Shown piece by piece: positions 25,607 to 33,987 of a DNA stretch of 64,000 nt. The position numbers were made by a program, and so were the translations under genes. The notes beneath the pieces were generated by a model. That model did no database searches. It saw only the letters and a list, made by a program, of their open reading frames with translations, and had not been told where the DNA came from. Positions within the stretch are counted from its first letter, which is position 1. Each line of letters opens with the position of its first letter. The stretch lies in the NCBI RefSeq assembly GCF_018350175.1, contig NC_058368.1:9052001-9116000 (forward strand), in the 5' to 3' direction. Source of the stretch: Felis catus (lineage: Eukaryota).

Positions 25607-26707
25607 TCATTCGATTGTATCTGGCCTTTCTGCGTCAAATTGTCTTAGTTGGTGGTACTGTTGAGTTAGGACCAAGGCCTGGATGACAGAGAGTCTTTCT
25701 CTTATGAATTGTACCAAGCGGTTGAGGATGCAAGGTCCGAACATCAGTATTAATAGTAGGAGTATTAAAGGGCCCATGAGGGAGGAGACTAGAGTGGTAA
25801 ACCAGGGGGATTTGTTATACCACCCCTCAAACCAGCCTTGCTGAGATTCGAACAGCTTTTGTCTTTGTTTGAGTCTCTCCCTCAGCTTGGCCATGCTGTC
25901 TCTCACTATTCCTGTGTGATCAGCATAGAAGCAGCACTCTTCTTTGAGGGCAGCACATAACCCGCCTTCTTGTACGAACAACAGGTCAAGTCCCCTCCGA
26001 TTTTGTAAAACCACTTCTGAGAGGGAGGTTAGGGATCTTTCTAGTGCCGAGATGGATTCTTCTAGTGCCTGTATGTCAGAATGCATAGCGATTTGTAACT
26101 GCTTGAACTGATTAGTTTCTATGAGAGCTGCGGTGCCTGTCCCTATGCCAGCTGCTAAACTTCCCATAGTTAATCCCCCTAGGAGCAGTGCTACGGTGAG
26201 GGAAACTGGTTCTCTCCGGAATCTGCCGCCGGGTTCGTAGTGGCCATAAATATATTCTGAGTCATGGTAGAAGATTTTTGGCCAAAGTTCAATTAGGATG
26301 CAATAGTCGGCAGTATTATTGAGTACCTGGAGCGAGATGCATGGCGTGAGTCCGGTGTTACAGACCCAGTACGTTCCGTTGGGAGCGGTCAAATAATAGG
26401 GACCCTGCCCGACAGATGGTATGGTCTGACTACAGAGATTCTGGTGTGAGGGTGGAATTTTCCCAATACATAGGCCATGACCGGTGACTTCAGTTAAAGT
26501 GAGGCCATGTCGAGGTGTAGTGCTACATCTCAGTGGGGCATTCGTATGGTTAGTAAAGTTCCCAATTATAGCAACTCCCTGATAGTAAGGGGGTTTAGCC
26601 GTTAGGCAGAGCCAACAGTCCTGAGTTTGATTTGGGGCCGTAAGGTTGAGAGTTAAGTATACCCCTTGTACAAGGTTTAGGAGCCTATCTCCTGTGCCCG
26701 GTCGAGA
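25607..26707 (-). pseudogene. env: Env C-terminal part (SU C-domain + TM), open but out of frame with the N-terminus
   Basis: Manual translation gives a continuous stop-free frame: [17 protein letters not shown], furin site RFRR/EPV, fusion peptide, [22 protein letters not shown]6CC, TM helix and YHQL tail. The ORF-track TTG start at 26392 is internal. Confidence 0.9.
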
Positions 26708-27596
26708 GGGGGGGGGTCGGGTATCCTAGACTGGGGCTTAGAGTGGAATTAACAGGGTTAATTCCCGGTGTCTGAGTTGGGGCCCTTGGTGGCTGGACTG
26801 GGATGGCTAGCTGGACCGGAGCTTTTTGATCGGCCAATACTAGGTTGGGACCTACGGTTTGGGTGATTGTATCTATTTTTAATTTGATTTTTAGAACAAT
26901 CCCCCTATCTTTTCCCGGTAGGTACCATCGGAGTCCCCATGTATAGCCCGTCTGCCATCCGAGAGCCCGTTTTCCTGAATCTGTAAAGGTAATCTTAAGA
27001 GGTAGAGACAGGGGACTTATCCAATGATGATACCCTTCTGTGCCCTTTTTATAGTAGCAAGTGTGTCCATCGGGGTCAGGTTTGGTGTAACCTCTTGTAA
27101 TGGTGATTAAGTCCCAGGAAGAGGTAGGTTGCCAGTAGGCATCGCCAGTAGTTTCGCAGCCCCATGCCGAGCAGAAATATTCTTCATATCCCCCACATCG
27201 GTGGGCAGTGGCCCTATCCCTATTGTCTCGAGGACAGACATAGAACTCTGCCTGGGCTAATCTACATCTGGCAGTGGGACTACTGCATCCATGGGCAGTC
27301 ATCTGCTGGATTCTTTCCCCCATGTAGGACTGCAGGTTCTTGGGGCTTCTAGCTGGGATATCCCAAGTGTCTAATCCAGCTGCCAGCTGGCAAAAATCAG
27401 GGGTAAGTGGGGGCCACCAAGTATTAAGCGCATGGTTACCTTGGACCTCCCAGACAACTTCCCCGCTCTGGGAGTAGATTTGCCAAGTCAAGGTATAAAC
27501 CTGATGTGGGTTCCCCTCTTTGACAATTTTAGCTCCAATTCCCGCCCCCAAGCTTGTGAGGACCCACAGAAAGACCATTCCCGCTGGGGGTTTCAT
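26685..27596 (-). CDS. env: Env N-terminal ORF, 303 aa: signal peptide + receptor-binding domain + proline-rich region, ended by a frameshift
   Basis: Hydrophobic signal, PHQ motif, Cys-rich variable regions, WGCETTG, GPN-starting proline-rich region, then 7 out-of-frame residues (LSTGHRR) and TAG. Confidence 0.9.
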   Translation of the reverse strand: MKPPAGMVFLWVLTSLGAGIGAKIVKEGNPHQVYTLTWQIYSQSGEVVWEVQGNHALNTWWPPLTPDFCQLAAGLDTWDIPARSPKNLQSYMGERIQQMTAHGCSSPTARCRLAQAEFYVCPRDNRDRATAHRCGGYEEYFCSAWGCETTGDAYWQPTSSWDLITITRGYTKPDPDGHTCYYKKGTEGYHHWISPLSLPLKITFTDSGKRALGWQTGYTWGLRWYLPGKDRGIVLKIKLKIDTITQTVGPNLVLADQKAPVQLAIPVQPPRAPTQTPGINPVNSTLSPSLGYPTPPLSTGHRR

Positions 27597-27630
27597 TTTG
27601 GGTTTGTGCAGGGACAGGGTGGATTAACAG

Positions 27631-30600
27631 TCAGACACGGGAGAGTCTTATCTTAAGAGGGTTCTCCGAACGGTGGAGCTTCCAGGTTTTGGGAGCTTTC
27701 GGTCCAGGGGTTCTTGGGGCTGCCTTGGCGTGTGATGCGTGAATCCAGGCGGCGATCCCGTCAACCTTTATGGCGGTGGGCGTGGTCAGCAGGACGATGT
27801 AAGGTCCCTTCCAACGAGGCTCCAATCCTTGAGAGCGGTGCCGCCGGACGTACACGGAGTCTCCTACCTGAAATGGGTGGCTAGTTTGTGGATGTCCTGG
27901 CCGGTACAGTTCGGCCAGGGGTGTCCAGATTTGGGCCTGCACCGCTTGCAGCCCTTTTAGTCGGGCTTGTAAATCAGTCTTAGGATCGGAGGGGGAGAAG
28001 GAATTGAGCAAGGTTGACAAAGGGGGGGGTCCCCCATAAAGGATTTCATACGGGGTGAGCCCGAAACGGTTGGGCGTATTTCTGGCTCTTAACAAAGCCA
28101 GAGATAGGAGGCGTCTCCAATCTTTTAAGCCAGTCTCTAAGGTCAATTTAGTAAGGGTCTCTTTTATTGTTCTATTCATTCTTTCTACCTGTCCTGAGCT
28201 CTGGGGCCTATATGCACAGTGTAATTTCCAATTAATCCCCAGTGTCCTGGCGAGCCCCTGACTTACCTGGGAAACGAAGGCCGGCCCGTTATCTGACCCG
28301 ATTACCTTGGGAAGTCCAAATCTGGGGAAGATTTCTTCTAAAATCTTCTTGGCTACCACGTGTGCCGTTTCTTGTCGGGTGGGGTAGGCTTCTACCCATC
28401 CTGAAAAGGTGTCTACAAACACTAATAGGTACTTATACCCCGCATGGTGAGGCTTTACTTCAGTAAAGTCTATTTCCCAATAGACTCCTGGGCGGTTACC
28501 ACGAGTCCGTTTTCCTTCCGGCACTCGGGTAGCCCCAGCGTTTACCTGTTGACAGACCTTACAGGCGGAGGTTACCTGTTCTATGAGGGTGCCTGCCTTA
28601 GGGATTAAGAAGTCAGTTTTTTTAATCAGTAACTTCAGCTTCTGATTACTTAAATGTGTCCAGGCGTGCATTTGTTGGATCATTGCCAGGGCTTCCTTTC
28701 GGGGAAGGACTATCTTTCCTTCTTTTTCCCAGTCTTTAGTGTCCTGATTCAGTATAGCCCCTATGGCCTTTGCCTCTTCCTGGTCTTCTGGGGTGTAAGC
28801 ATATTTGTTGGTCGTAAGATTGGTTTCTTCAAGTTTTGTGGTCAAAGTCAACGTTTCTGCCACAGCGACTTGCCTGGCTACTTGGTCTGCCTGTCTATTT
28901 CCTGTTGCAATTGGGTCTTGTCCTTTCTGATGCCCGGGGCAATGAATTATGGCTACTTTTCGGGGAAGAAAAAGGGCCTTTAATAATGCAATGATTTCAG
29001 CTTTGTTTTTAATTTCTTTTCCTTCTGAGGTTAGTAGGCCCCTTCTTTCATAAATACTCCCATGTGTATGAGCCGTTGCAAAGGCATATCGGCTATCTGT
29101 GTATATGTTAGCCTTTTTCCCTTCGGATAGTTCTAGGGCCTTGGTGAGCGCTATCAGCTCGGCCTTTTGTGCAGACGTGCCAGGAGGTAGTGATTGTGCC
29201 CATATGATGTGGTGGCCATCTACTACCGCCGCTCCCGCCCTCCGGGTACCTGAGTCGATGTAACTGCTCCCGTCCGTATACCAAGAGTGATCCGCATCTG
29301 GGAGCTCTTGATCTTTAAGGTCTTCCCGTGTCCCATGGGTCTCAGCCAGTACTTGCCGGCAATCGTGTGCGCTCTGTTGGTCTTCCGGTGCCGGTAGCAA
29401 CGTGGCAGGGTTCAAGGTAACCGGAGGTCCAAATTGGACGCGGTCTGTGTCCAGTAGGAGGGCCTGGTAGTGGGTTAGGCGTGCGTTGGTTATCCATCGG
29501 TCCGGTGGCTGCCGCACTATGGCCTCTAAAGCATGCGGGGTGATAACAGTTAGTGGCTGTCCAAGGGTTAATTTGGCAGAGTCCTTGACCAGCATAGCAG
29601 TGGCTGCCATGATACGAAGACATGGGGGCCACCCCGCTGCCACAGGGTCCAACTTTTTGGACAGGTATGCTACTGGCCTCTTCCAGGGCCCTAATTTTTG
29701 GGTTAGAACTCCTTTGGCAATTCCTTGTTTCTCGTCTATGAAAAGGGTAAAGGGCTTGGAGGTGTCTGGCAACCCGAGAGCCGGGGCGGAGAGGAGGGCC
29801 TCTTTTAGGGCCTCAAAGGCTGACTGATGTTTTTCCTGCCAGGTGAAGGGTGCACTCTCTTTCGTGAGGGCATAGAGGGGGGCGGCTAGCTCAGCGAACC
29901 CAGGTATCCATAAGCGACAGAACCCAGCAGTTCCCAGGAATTCACGTACCTCTCTGGGGTTCTGGGGCGGCGGAATGCGAGCCACAGTTTCTATTCGCCC
30001 AGGGGTGAGCCATCTTTTCCCCTCACTCAGTATGTACCCCAGGTAGGTTACCTTGGTTTGGCAAATCTGGGCCTTCTTGGCAGATGCCCGGTATCCTTTT
30101 TCTCCTAATTCCCGGAGCAGATGTCTGGTACCTAGTATGCAGGCTTCTTTTGTGGGGGCGGCCAGAAGAAGGTCATCCACATATTGGAGTAGAGTTACTT
30201 CTGGATGTTGAGTCCGGAAGTCAGTTAGGTCCCTGTGAAGAGCCTCATCAAAGAGAGTGGGGGAGTTTTTGAACCCTTGGGGTAAGCAGGTCCAGGTTAA
30301 TTGGCCTGAAATTCCTCTTTCAGGGTCCCTCCATTCAAAAGCAAACAGTTCCTGGCTCTGGGGGGCCAAGGGTAAGCAAAAGAACGCATCTTTTAGGTCC
30401 AGTACTGTGTACCAGGTGTGGTCTGGGCTCAGGGTGCTGAGCAAGTTATAGGGATTGGGGACCGTAGGGTGGATATCCATAGTCCTTTTGTTGACTTCTC
30501 TTAAGTCTTGGACGGGCCTGTAGTCCCGGGTGCCAGGTTTTTTTACTGGTAAAAGAGGGGTATTCCAAGGTGAGCGGCAAGGTCGCAGGACCCCAAGCTC

Positions 30601-31200
30601 TAGAAATCTAGTAATGTGTGGCTGAATGCCCATATGAGCCTCCTTGCTCATGGGATACTGCCTGATAGACACAGGCATTGCCGTGGGCTTTAGGTCAATT
30701 ATGATTGGGACTTGGCATTTGGCTCGACCGAGCCCTCCCGTTTCTGCCCAGGCTTGGGGAAAGTCCTGCAGCCAGGCTTCGAGGAGGTTAGTGGTGACCG
30801 AGGTTTCAAAAAGTCTGTGTTCGTCTTGTAAGGACACAGTTAAGACTTGGATAGGCTGGCCATCCCGGTTTAGCACTTGGGCCCCCGTTTCGGAGAAGTG
30901 TATCTGGGCTCCAAGCTTGGTTAGGAGGTCTCGTCCCAGAAGGGGGTACGGGCATTCGGGTACCACCAGAAAGGAGTGTGTCACCGTCCCTTGCCCTAAG
31001 TCAACCGTGCGGCGGTTAGTCCATTTGTGAATTTTTCTTCCTGTCGCTCCTTGGACCCAGGAGGTACGCGAGGACAGAGGCCCATTTGCCTTGGTTAAGA
31101 CCGAGTGTTGAGCTCCCGTGTCCACCAGGAAGGTGGTGGGATGCCCCCCTACAGATAGGGTTAGCCGGGGCTCGGGGGGGGCTCCGGAGCCCTGACATCC
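27631..31200 (-). CDS. pol: Pro-Pol (PR-RT-RNase H-IN), 1189 aa after the gag stop, expressed as Gag-Pol by UAG read-through, open
   Basis: Same frame as gag. Protease LVDTGA, RT LPQG and YVDD, RNase H D-E-D-D (YTDGS, ELIAL, YTDSR, NRQAD), integrase HHCC, D,D(35)E (IDF, SDNG, VERM) and GPY module. Confidence 0.96.
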   Translation of the reverse strand, partial: GCQGSGAPPEPRLTLSVGGHPTTFLVDTGAQHSVLTKANGPLSSRTSWVQGATGRKIHKWTNRRTVDLGQGTVTHSFLVVPECPYPLLGRDLLTKLGAQIHFSETGAQVLNRDGQPIQVLTVSLQDEHRLFETSVTTNLLEAWLQDFPQAWAETGGLGRAKCQVPIIIDLKPTAMPVSIRQYPMSKEAHMGIQPHITRFLELGVLRPCRSPWNTPLLPVKKPGTRDYRPVQDLREVNKRTMDIHPTVPNPYNLLSTLSPDHTWYTVLDLKDAFFCLPLAPQSQELFAFEWRDPERGISGQLTWTCLPQGFKNSPTLFDEALHRDLTDFRTQHPEVTLLQYVDDLLLAAPTKEACILGTRHLLRELGEKGYRASAKKAQICQTKVTYLGYILSEGKRWLTPGRIETVARIPPPQNPREVREFLGTAGFCRLWIPGFAELAAPLYALTKESAPFTWQEKHQSAFEALKEALLSAPALGLPDTSKPFTLFIDEKQGIAKGVLTQKLGPWKRPVAYLSKKLDPVAAGWPPCLRIMAATAMLVKDSAKLTLGQPLTVITPHALEAIVRQPPDRWITNARLTHYQALLLDTDRVQFGPPVTLNPATLLPAPEDQQSAHDCRQVLAETHGTREDLKDQELPDADHSWYTDGSSYIDSGTRRAGAAVVDGHHIIWAQSLPPGTSAQKAELIALTKALELSEGKKANIYTDSRYAFATAHTHGSIYERRGLLTSEGKEIKNKAEIIALLKALFLPRKVAIIHCPGHQKGQDPIATGNRQADQVARQVAVAETLTLTTKLEETNLTTNKYAYTPEDQEEAKAIGAILNQDTKDWEKEGKIVLPRKEALAMIQQMHAWTHLSNQKLKLLIKKTDFLIPKAGTLIEQVTSACKVCQQVNAGATRVPEGKRTRGNRPGVYWEIDFTEVKPHHAGYKYLLVFVDTFSGWVEAYPTRQETAHVVAKKILEEIFPRFGLPKVIGSDNGPAFVSQVSQGLARTLGINWKLHCAYRPQSSGQVERMNRTIKETLTKLTLETGLKDWRRLLSLALLRARNTPNRFGLTPYEILYGGPPPLSTLLNSFSPSDPKTDLQARLKGLQAVQAQIWTPLAELYRPGHPQTSHPFQVGDSVYVRRHRSQGLEPRWKGPYIVLLTTPTAIKVDGIAAWIHASHAKAAPRTPGPKAPKTWKLHRSENPLKIRLSRV

Positions 31201-31203
31201 CTA
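31143..31203 (-). promoter_or_regulatory. Gag-Pol stop-codon read-through signal (pseudoknot)
   Basis: TAG + 8-nt spacer GGATGTCA, stem 1 GGGCTC/GAGCCC, stem 2 GCCCCCC/GGGGGGC. Same layout as the MLV read-through pseudoknot. Confidence 0.85.
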
Positions 31204-32877
31204 TTCGCTCTCTTCGCCTAAGGCGAGCACAGAGGCAGGTTTCTTTGAGTTCCCGGGGCGCTTAGGGCAGTCTTTGATCCAGTGCCCGCGTTCTTTGCAA
31301 TAGGCGCACTGGTCTTTTCCTACTTTGGGCCGCCTCTTCGTTTCCCCTGACTTTCCTGTTCCGTTTTCTGTCACTACAGCTGCCAGGATTTTGGTTAAAT
31401 GTTTATCTCTCTTTCGATCTCTTCGTTCCTCCCGTGCTTCCTGCTCTTTTGCTAGCCTAGCCTCCTTTTCCTCTGGGGTCTCCCTTTTGTTATATACCTT
31501 TTCTGCCTCCCTAACTAGTTCCTGCAACCCATAGGTTTGAATCCCATCTAGCCGTTGGAGCTTTCCTTTTATATCAGACGCTGCCTGATCTATGAATGAC
31601 ATGGCCACGGTAGCCTTATGTTCTGGAGCCTCGGGGTTAAATGGAGTATACATCCGAAACCCCTCTAGAAGCCGTTCCATAAAGGCTGCGGGGCTCTCCT
31701 CTTTTCCTTGGATTATGGTCCTTACCTTGGCCAAATTGGTGGGCCGTTTCCCTGCCCCCTTGAGACCCGCCAACAGAGCCTGGCGATAGATTCGGAGACT
31801 CTCCCTACCTGGAGCCGTTTCATAGTCCCAGTCCGGGCGGGTGAGGGGAAACCCTTCATCTATTTCATTGGGAAGCTGAGTTGGAAGACCTCCAGGCCCC
31901 GGCACATTTTTCCGGGCCTCCAGGAGAACTCGTTGCCTTTCCTCGGTAGTCAAAAGGACCTGTAAGAGCTGCTGGCAGTCGTCCCAGGTAGGCTGGTGTG
32001 TGAGGAGGATAGACTCTATTAGTGAGGTTAGGGCCTGGGGTTCTTGGGAAAAGGAAGGGTTATGAGTTTTCCAATTATAGAGATCGGATGCAGAAAATGG
32101 CCAATATTGGACAGTCCGGTTGACTGTCCGGAGAGGAAACAGGGAAGATTGCCAAGTGGGAGGGCCGTTCGGGTCGTCCGATCGCCGGAGACGGAGGCGG
32201 GGGGTCTGAGGTGGGGTCTGGGGAGTTAGATCGGGTGGGGCTGGAGTAGAGGATGGGGCTGACGTACAGGCGGGGGAAGAAGTTGGGGAGGGGGAGGAGG
32301 AACTGGAGGCAGGAGGGGAAGTAGGGGGCACCGGGGACAGGACGGAGACGGGGGCCAGGGGTGAATTATAGGGTGGAGGTAGTAAGAGGGGGTTGTGGGG
32401 CGGTGAAGTCTCTTCGGGGGCGTGGGGCGGCGAAGACAAAGCGTCTAGGAGGAGGGGGTCCCTTTGGGACTCATCGGGAAGAACCGGTTTGGGCGGATCT
32501 GGAGTTTGGGTTGAGGCTCGGTTTTTGGAGGTTTTCAGGGGAAGGAGGGTAGACTGAGAAGTGGGGCAGGAAGGAAGGAAGGGTTTCACCCATGCCGGAG
32601 GATTCCGGATGAGATCCTCCCAGGTGAGGATATAGGCCACTTGATCTGGATGACCTTGTGGTCCAGGATCCATTACCTTCGTCTTAACCTGTAATATAAC
32701 AAAGAGGTCAAAAGTCCCGTCCCGGGGCCACCCTACAGATAGGGTGGGCCACTCCGATGAACAAAAAGTTCGCCATCGACCTTTTCGAACCTCAACGGAT
32801 AGATTGCGAGCTCTTGCCTGGACGTCCGAGAAATGAGTCAGAGTCAAAGATAGAGGAGTAGTCAGTGTCTGTCCCAT
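31201..32877 (-). CDS. gag: Gag polyprotein, 558 aa (MA-p12-CA-NC), open
   Basis: GCCATGG start with myristoylation motif [17 protein letters not shown] late domain, major homology region [16 protein letters not shown], single CCHC knuckle [14 protein letters not shown] and TAG stop. Confidence 0.96.
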   Translation of the reverse strand: MGQTLTTPLSLTLTHFSDVQARARNLSVEVRKGRWRTFCSSEWPTLSVGWPRDGTFDLFVILQVKTKVMDPGPQGHPDQVAYILTWEDLIRNPPAWVKPFLPSCPTSQSTLLPLKTSKNRASTQTPDPPKPVLPDESQRDPLLLDALSSPPHAPEETSPPHNPLLLPPPYNSPLAPVSVLSPVPPTSPPASSSSSPSPTSSPACTSAPSSTPAPPDLTPQTPPQTPRLRLRRSDDPNGPPTWQSSLFPLRTVNRTVQYWPFSASDLYNWKTHNPSFSQEPQALTSLIESILLTHQPTWDDCQQLLQVLLTTEERQRVLLEARKNVPGPGGLPTQLPNEIDEGFPLTRPDWDYETAPGRESLRIYRQALLAGLKGAGKRPTNLAKVRTIIQGKEESPAAFMERLLEGFRMYTPFNPEAPEHKATVAMSFIDQAASDIKGKLQRLDGIQTYGLQELVREAEKVYNKRETPEEKEARLAKEQEAREERRDRKRDKHLTKILAAVVTENGTGKSGETKRRPKVGKDQCAYCKERGHWIKDCPKRPGNSKKPASVLALGEESE

Positions 32878-33084
32878 GGCTGTGTCGTCCTGTCCACGCG
32901 TCCACACACGCACACTTACACACACACACACGAATATGACTACAATGTCGATACAGACCAGACAACACAGACTAGACAACAACCAAGGAGCCGCGGCCAG
33001 GTATTCAGATTCAGATGGCAGGGGAGGCCTGCCTTCGGATTTGGGGAGTCTGACGAACTTGTCAGTTCTCCTCTACAAGCACCA

Positions 33085-33173
33085 CCGAGGCGTCCCTCGG
33101 GGCCGGGGTGTGAAGGTTCAGGACACGTCTGTCCTCCTTCAACACTCCTACTGAGGTGGCCGGCCGGCCTCAG
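33085..33173 (-). other. Psi packaging/dimerisation region
   Basis: Two GACG-tetraloop hairpins (CCGAGG-GACG-CCTCGG at 33085-33100 and GGACA-GACG-TGTCC at 33121-33134), preceded by a CTGAGG/CCTCAG stem with a self-complementary GGCCGGCCGGCC (33158-33169). This is the MLV-like DIS/SL-C/SL-D arrangement. Confidence 0.8.
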
Positions 33174-33204
33174 AATTCACAGTTCAGAGACAAAACATAG
33201 AACA

Positions 33205-33213
33205 CAATACCTG
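33205..33213 (-). other. Candidate major splice donor for env mRNA
   Basis: CAG|GTATTG in the leader between PBS and Psi, the expected position. Matched by motif only. Confidence 0.45.
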
Positions 33214-33316
33214 TGTGCAGACAAAGGCACAGAAGTCTGTCTTCAGTCAGTCCGTCAGTGGCCCGGGCCGGAGAGTCATCTACCGACGGGGCCGGGGTTC
33301 TCCTGCCTTCCCTCGC

Positions 33317-33334
33317 TTCCCGGCCAACGCACCA
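33317..33334 (-). other. Primer binding site, tRNA-Gly
   Basis: Minus strand TGGTGCGTTGGCCGGGAA, 2 nt after the 5' LTR. It is complementary to TTCCCGGCCAACGCACCA, the 3' 18 nt of mammalian tRNA-Gly(TCC). Confidence 0.9.
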
Positions 33335-33336
33335 AA

Positions 33337-33886
33337 TGTTAGGAGCCAAGCTCCTAGGCCCTATGGAATGAGAGTTGGCGCAAAGAACCACTCGGCACTC
33401 CGATTTCGGCAGAGAGTCTTTACTGGTGCACCAGGGCTCCCCAGTGTTAGAAAGCGGGAGAGCCCCGATATACGGGGTTACAGGTCTTTTATACCATTTT
33501 GAGTTACATTTGCATACAGGCTGGTGGTAGGCTCTCTGCTCGGTGGTGGTTAGGGTTGGGGGTAATTTCGTCCTGGGAAAGCTTGGGAAATGGAGTTTCT
33601 CTCGGCAGATGCAACTTGGAGCCCGGGTGCGAAGCGGCAGGGGACCTCCGGTTTGGGAGCGTAAGCAGGTTTACAGAAGCGAGATGAAAGCGGTCATCGT
33701 TATTTATGTGACAACCTGTTCCTGTCTTGCGTAGGGAAAGGTGGGGGTACAGCTCTCCCAGGGTACGGATGTCTAACTGCAGATATCCTGTTTGTCAACT
33801 GGTGGAAGTGCAAGCCCTGCAAGTGAGGCGTTACGGAACTGAAGATAGGGTGGGGGTGTGTTATTAAGCTAAGCAGGGGTCTTTCA
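33337..33886 (-). repeat. 5' LTR (550 bp)
   Basis: Minus strand starts TGAAAGACCCC and ends GGCTCCTAACA, followed by TT and the PBS. Repeated at offset 8315. Confidence 0.97.
33487..33493 (-). promoter_or_regulatory. LTR TATA box (5' LTR U3)
   Basis: Minus strand TATAAAA about 150 nt before the LTR 3' end. Copy at 25172-25178. Confidence 0.8.
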
Positions 33887-33987
33887 GTATATAAGTGATG
33901 AGTCACTAAATTCTGCCCCCGAAATCATTATTACACTATATGTTAACTAAATTTGCTTTAAATAAAGTTTAAAACTTTTTTTAAAAA
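33887..33987 (+). mobile_element. Carnivore L1 3' UTR fragment, right part with poly(A) signal
   Basis: GTATATAAGTGATGAGTCACTAAATTCT...TATATGTTAACTAA...AATAAA resumes the L1 end exactly at the TSD. Confidence 0.75.

Larger units (their letters stand above)
25022..33886 (-). mobile_element. Full-length endogenous gammaretrovirus provirus, ERV-DC/FcEV family (LTR-gag-pro-pol-env-LTR, 8,865 bp)
   Basis: Two direct 550-bp LTRs with TG...CA ends on the minus strand, 4-bp TSD GTAT (25018-25021 and 33887-33890), PBS, PPT and gag/pol/env in gammaretroviral order. Gag/Pol resemble RD-114/BaEV, and the Env start [13 protein letters not shown] matches my recollection of ERV-DC env. Confidence 0.95.

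Noticed and set aside
25607..26392. 261-aa ORF as a separate gene
   Set aside because: It starts at an internal TTG and the frame is open back to the C9 run. It is the 3' half of env.
27631..31125. pol as an independently initiated ORF at 31125
   Set aside because: The start is the GTG (Val) of the protease LVDTG motif. Pol is made by read-through from gag.
32878..32982. ORF-track gag start at 32982
   Set aside because: It is a TTG. The canonical myristoylated Gag starts at ATG 32877, and the extension is treated only as possible glyco-Gag.
27164..33154. Plus-strand ORFs inside the provirus (e.g. 29486-29827, 30644-31030) as antisense genes
   Set aside because: Short shadow ORFs of GC-rich coding sequence with no recognisable motifs.
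25022..33886. Assignment as enFeLV, RD-114 itself, or a Refrex-1 locus (DC7/DC16)
   Set aside because: The tRNA-Gly PBS and RD-114-like gag-pol argue against enFeLV. The MLV-type SU argues against RD-114, whose env is BaEV/D-type. Identical LTRs argue against the older Refrex-1 loci. The exact locus number needs a database search.
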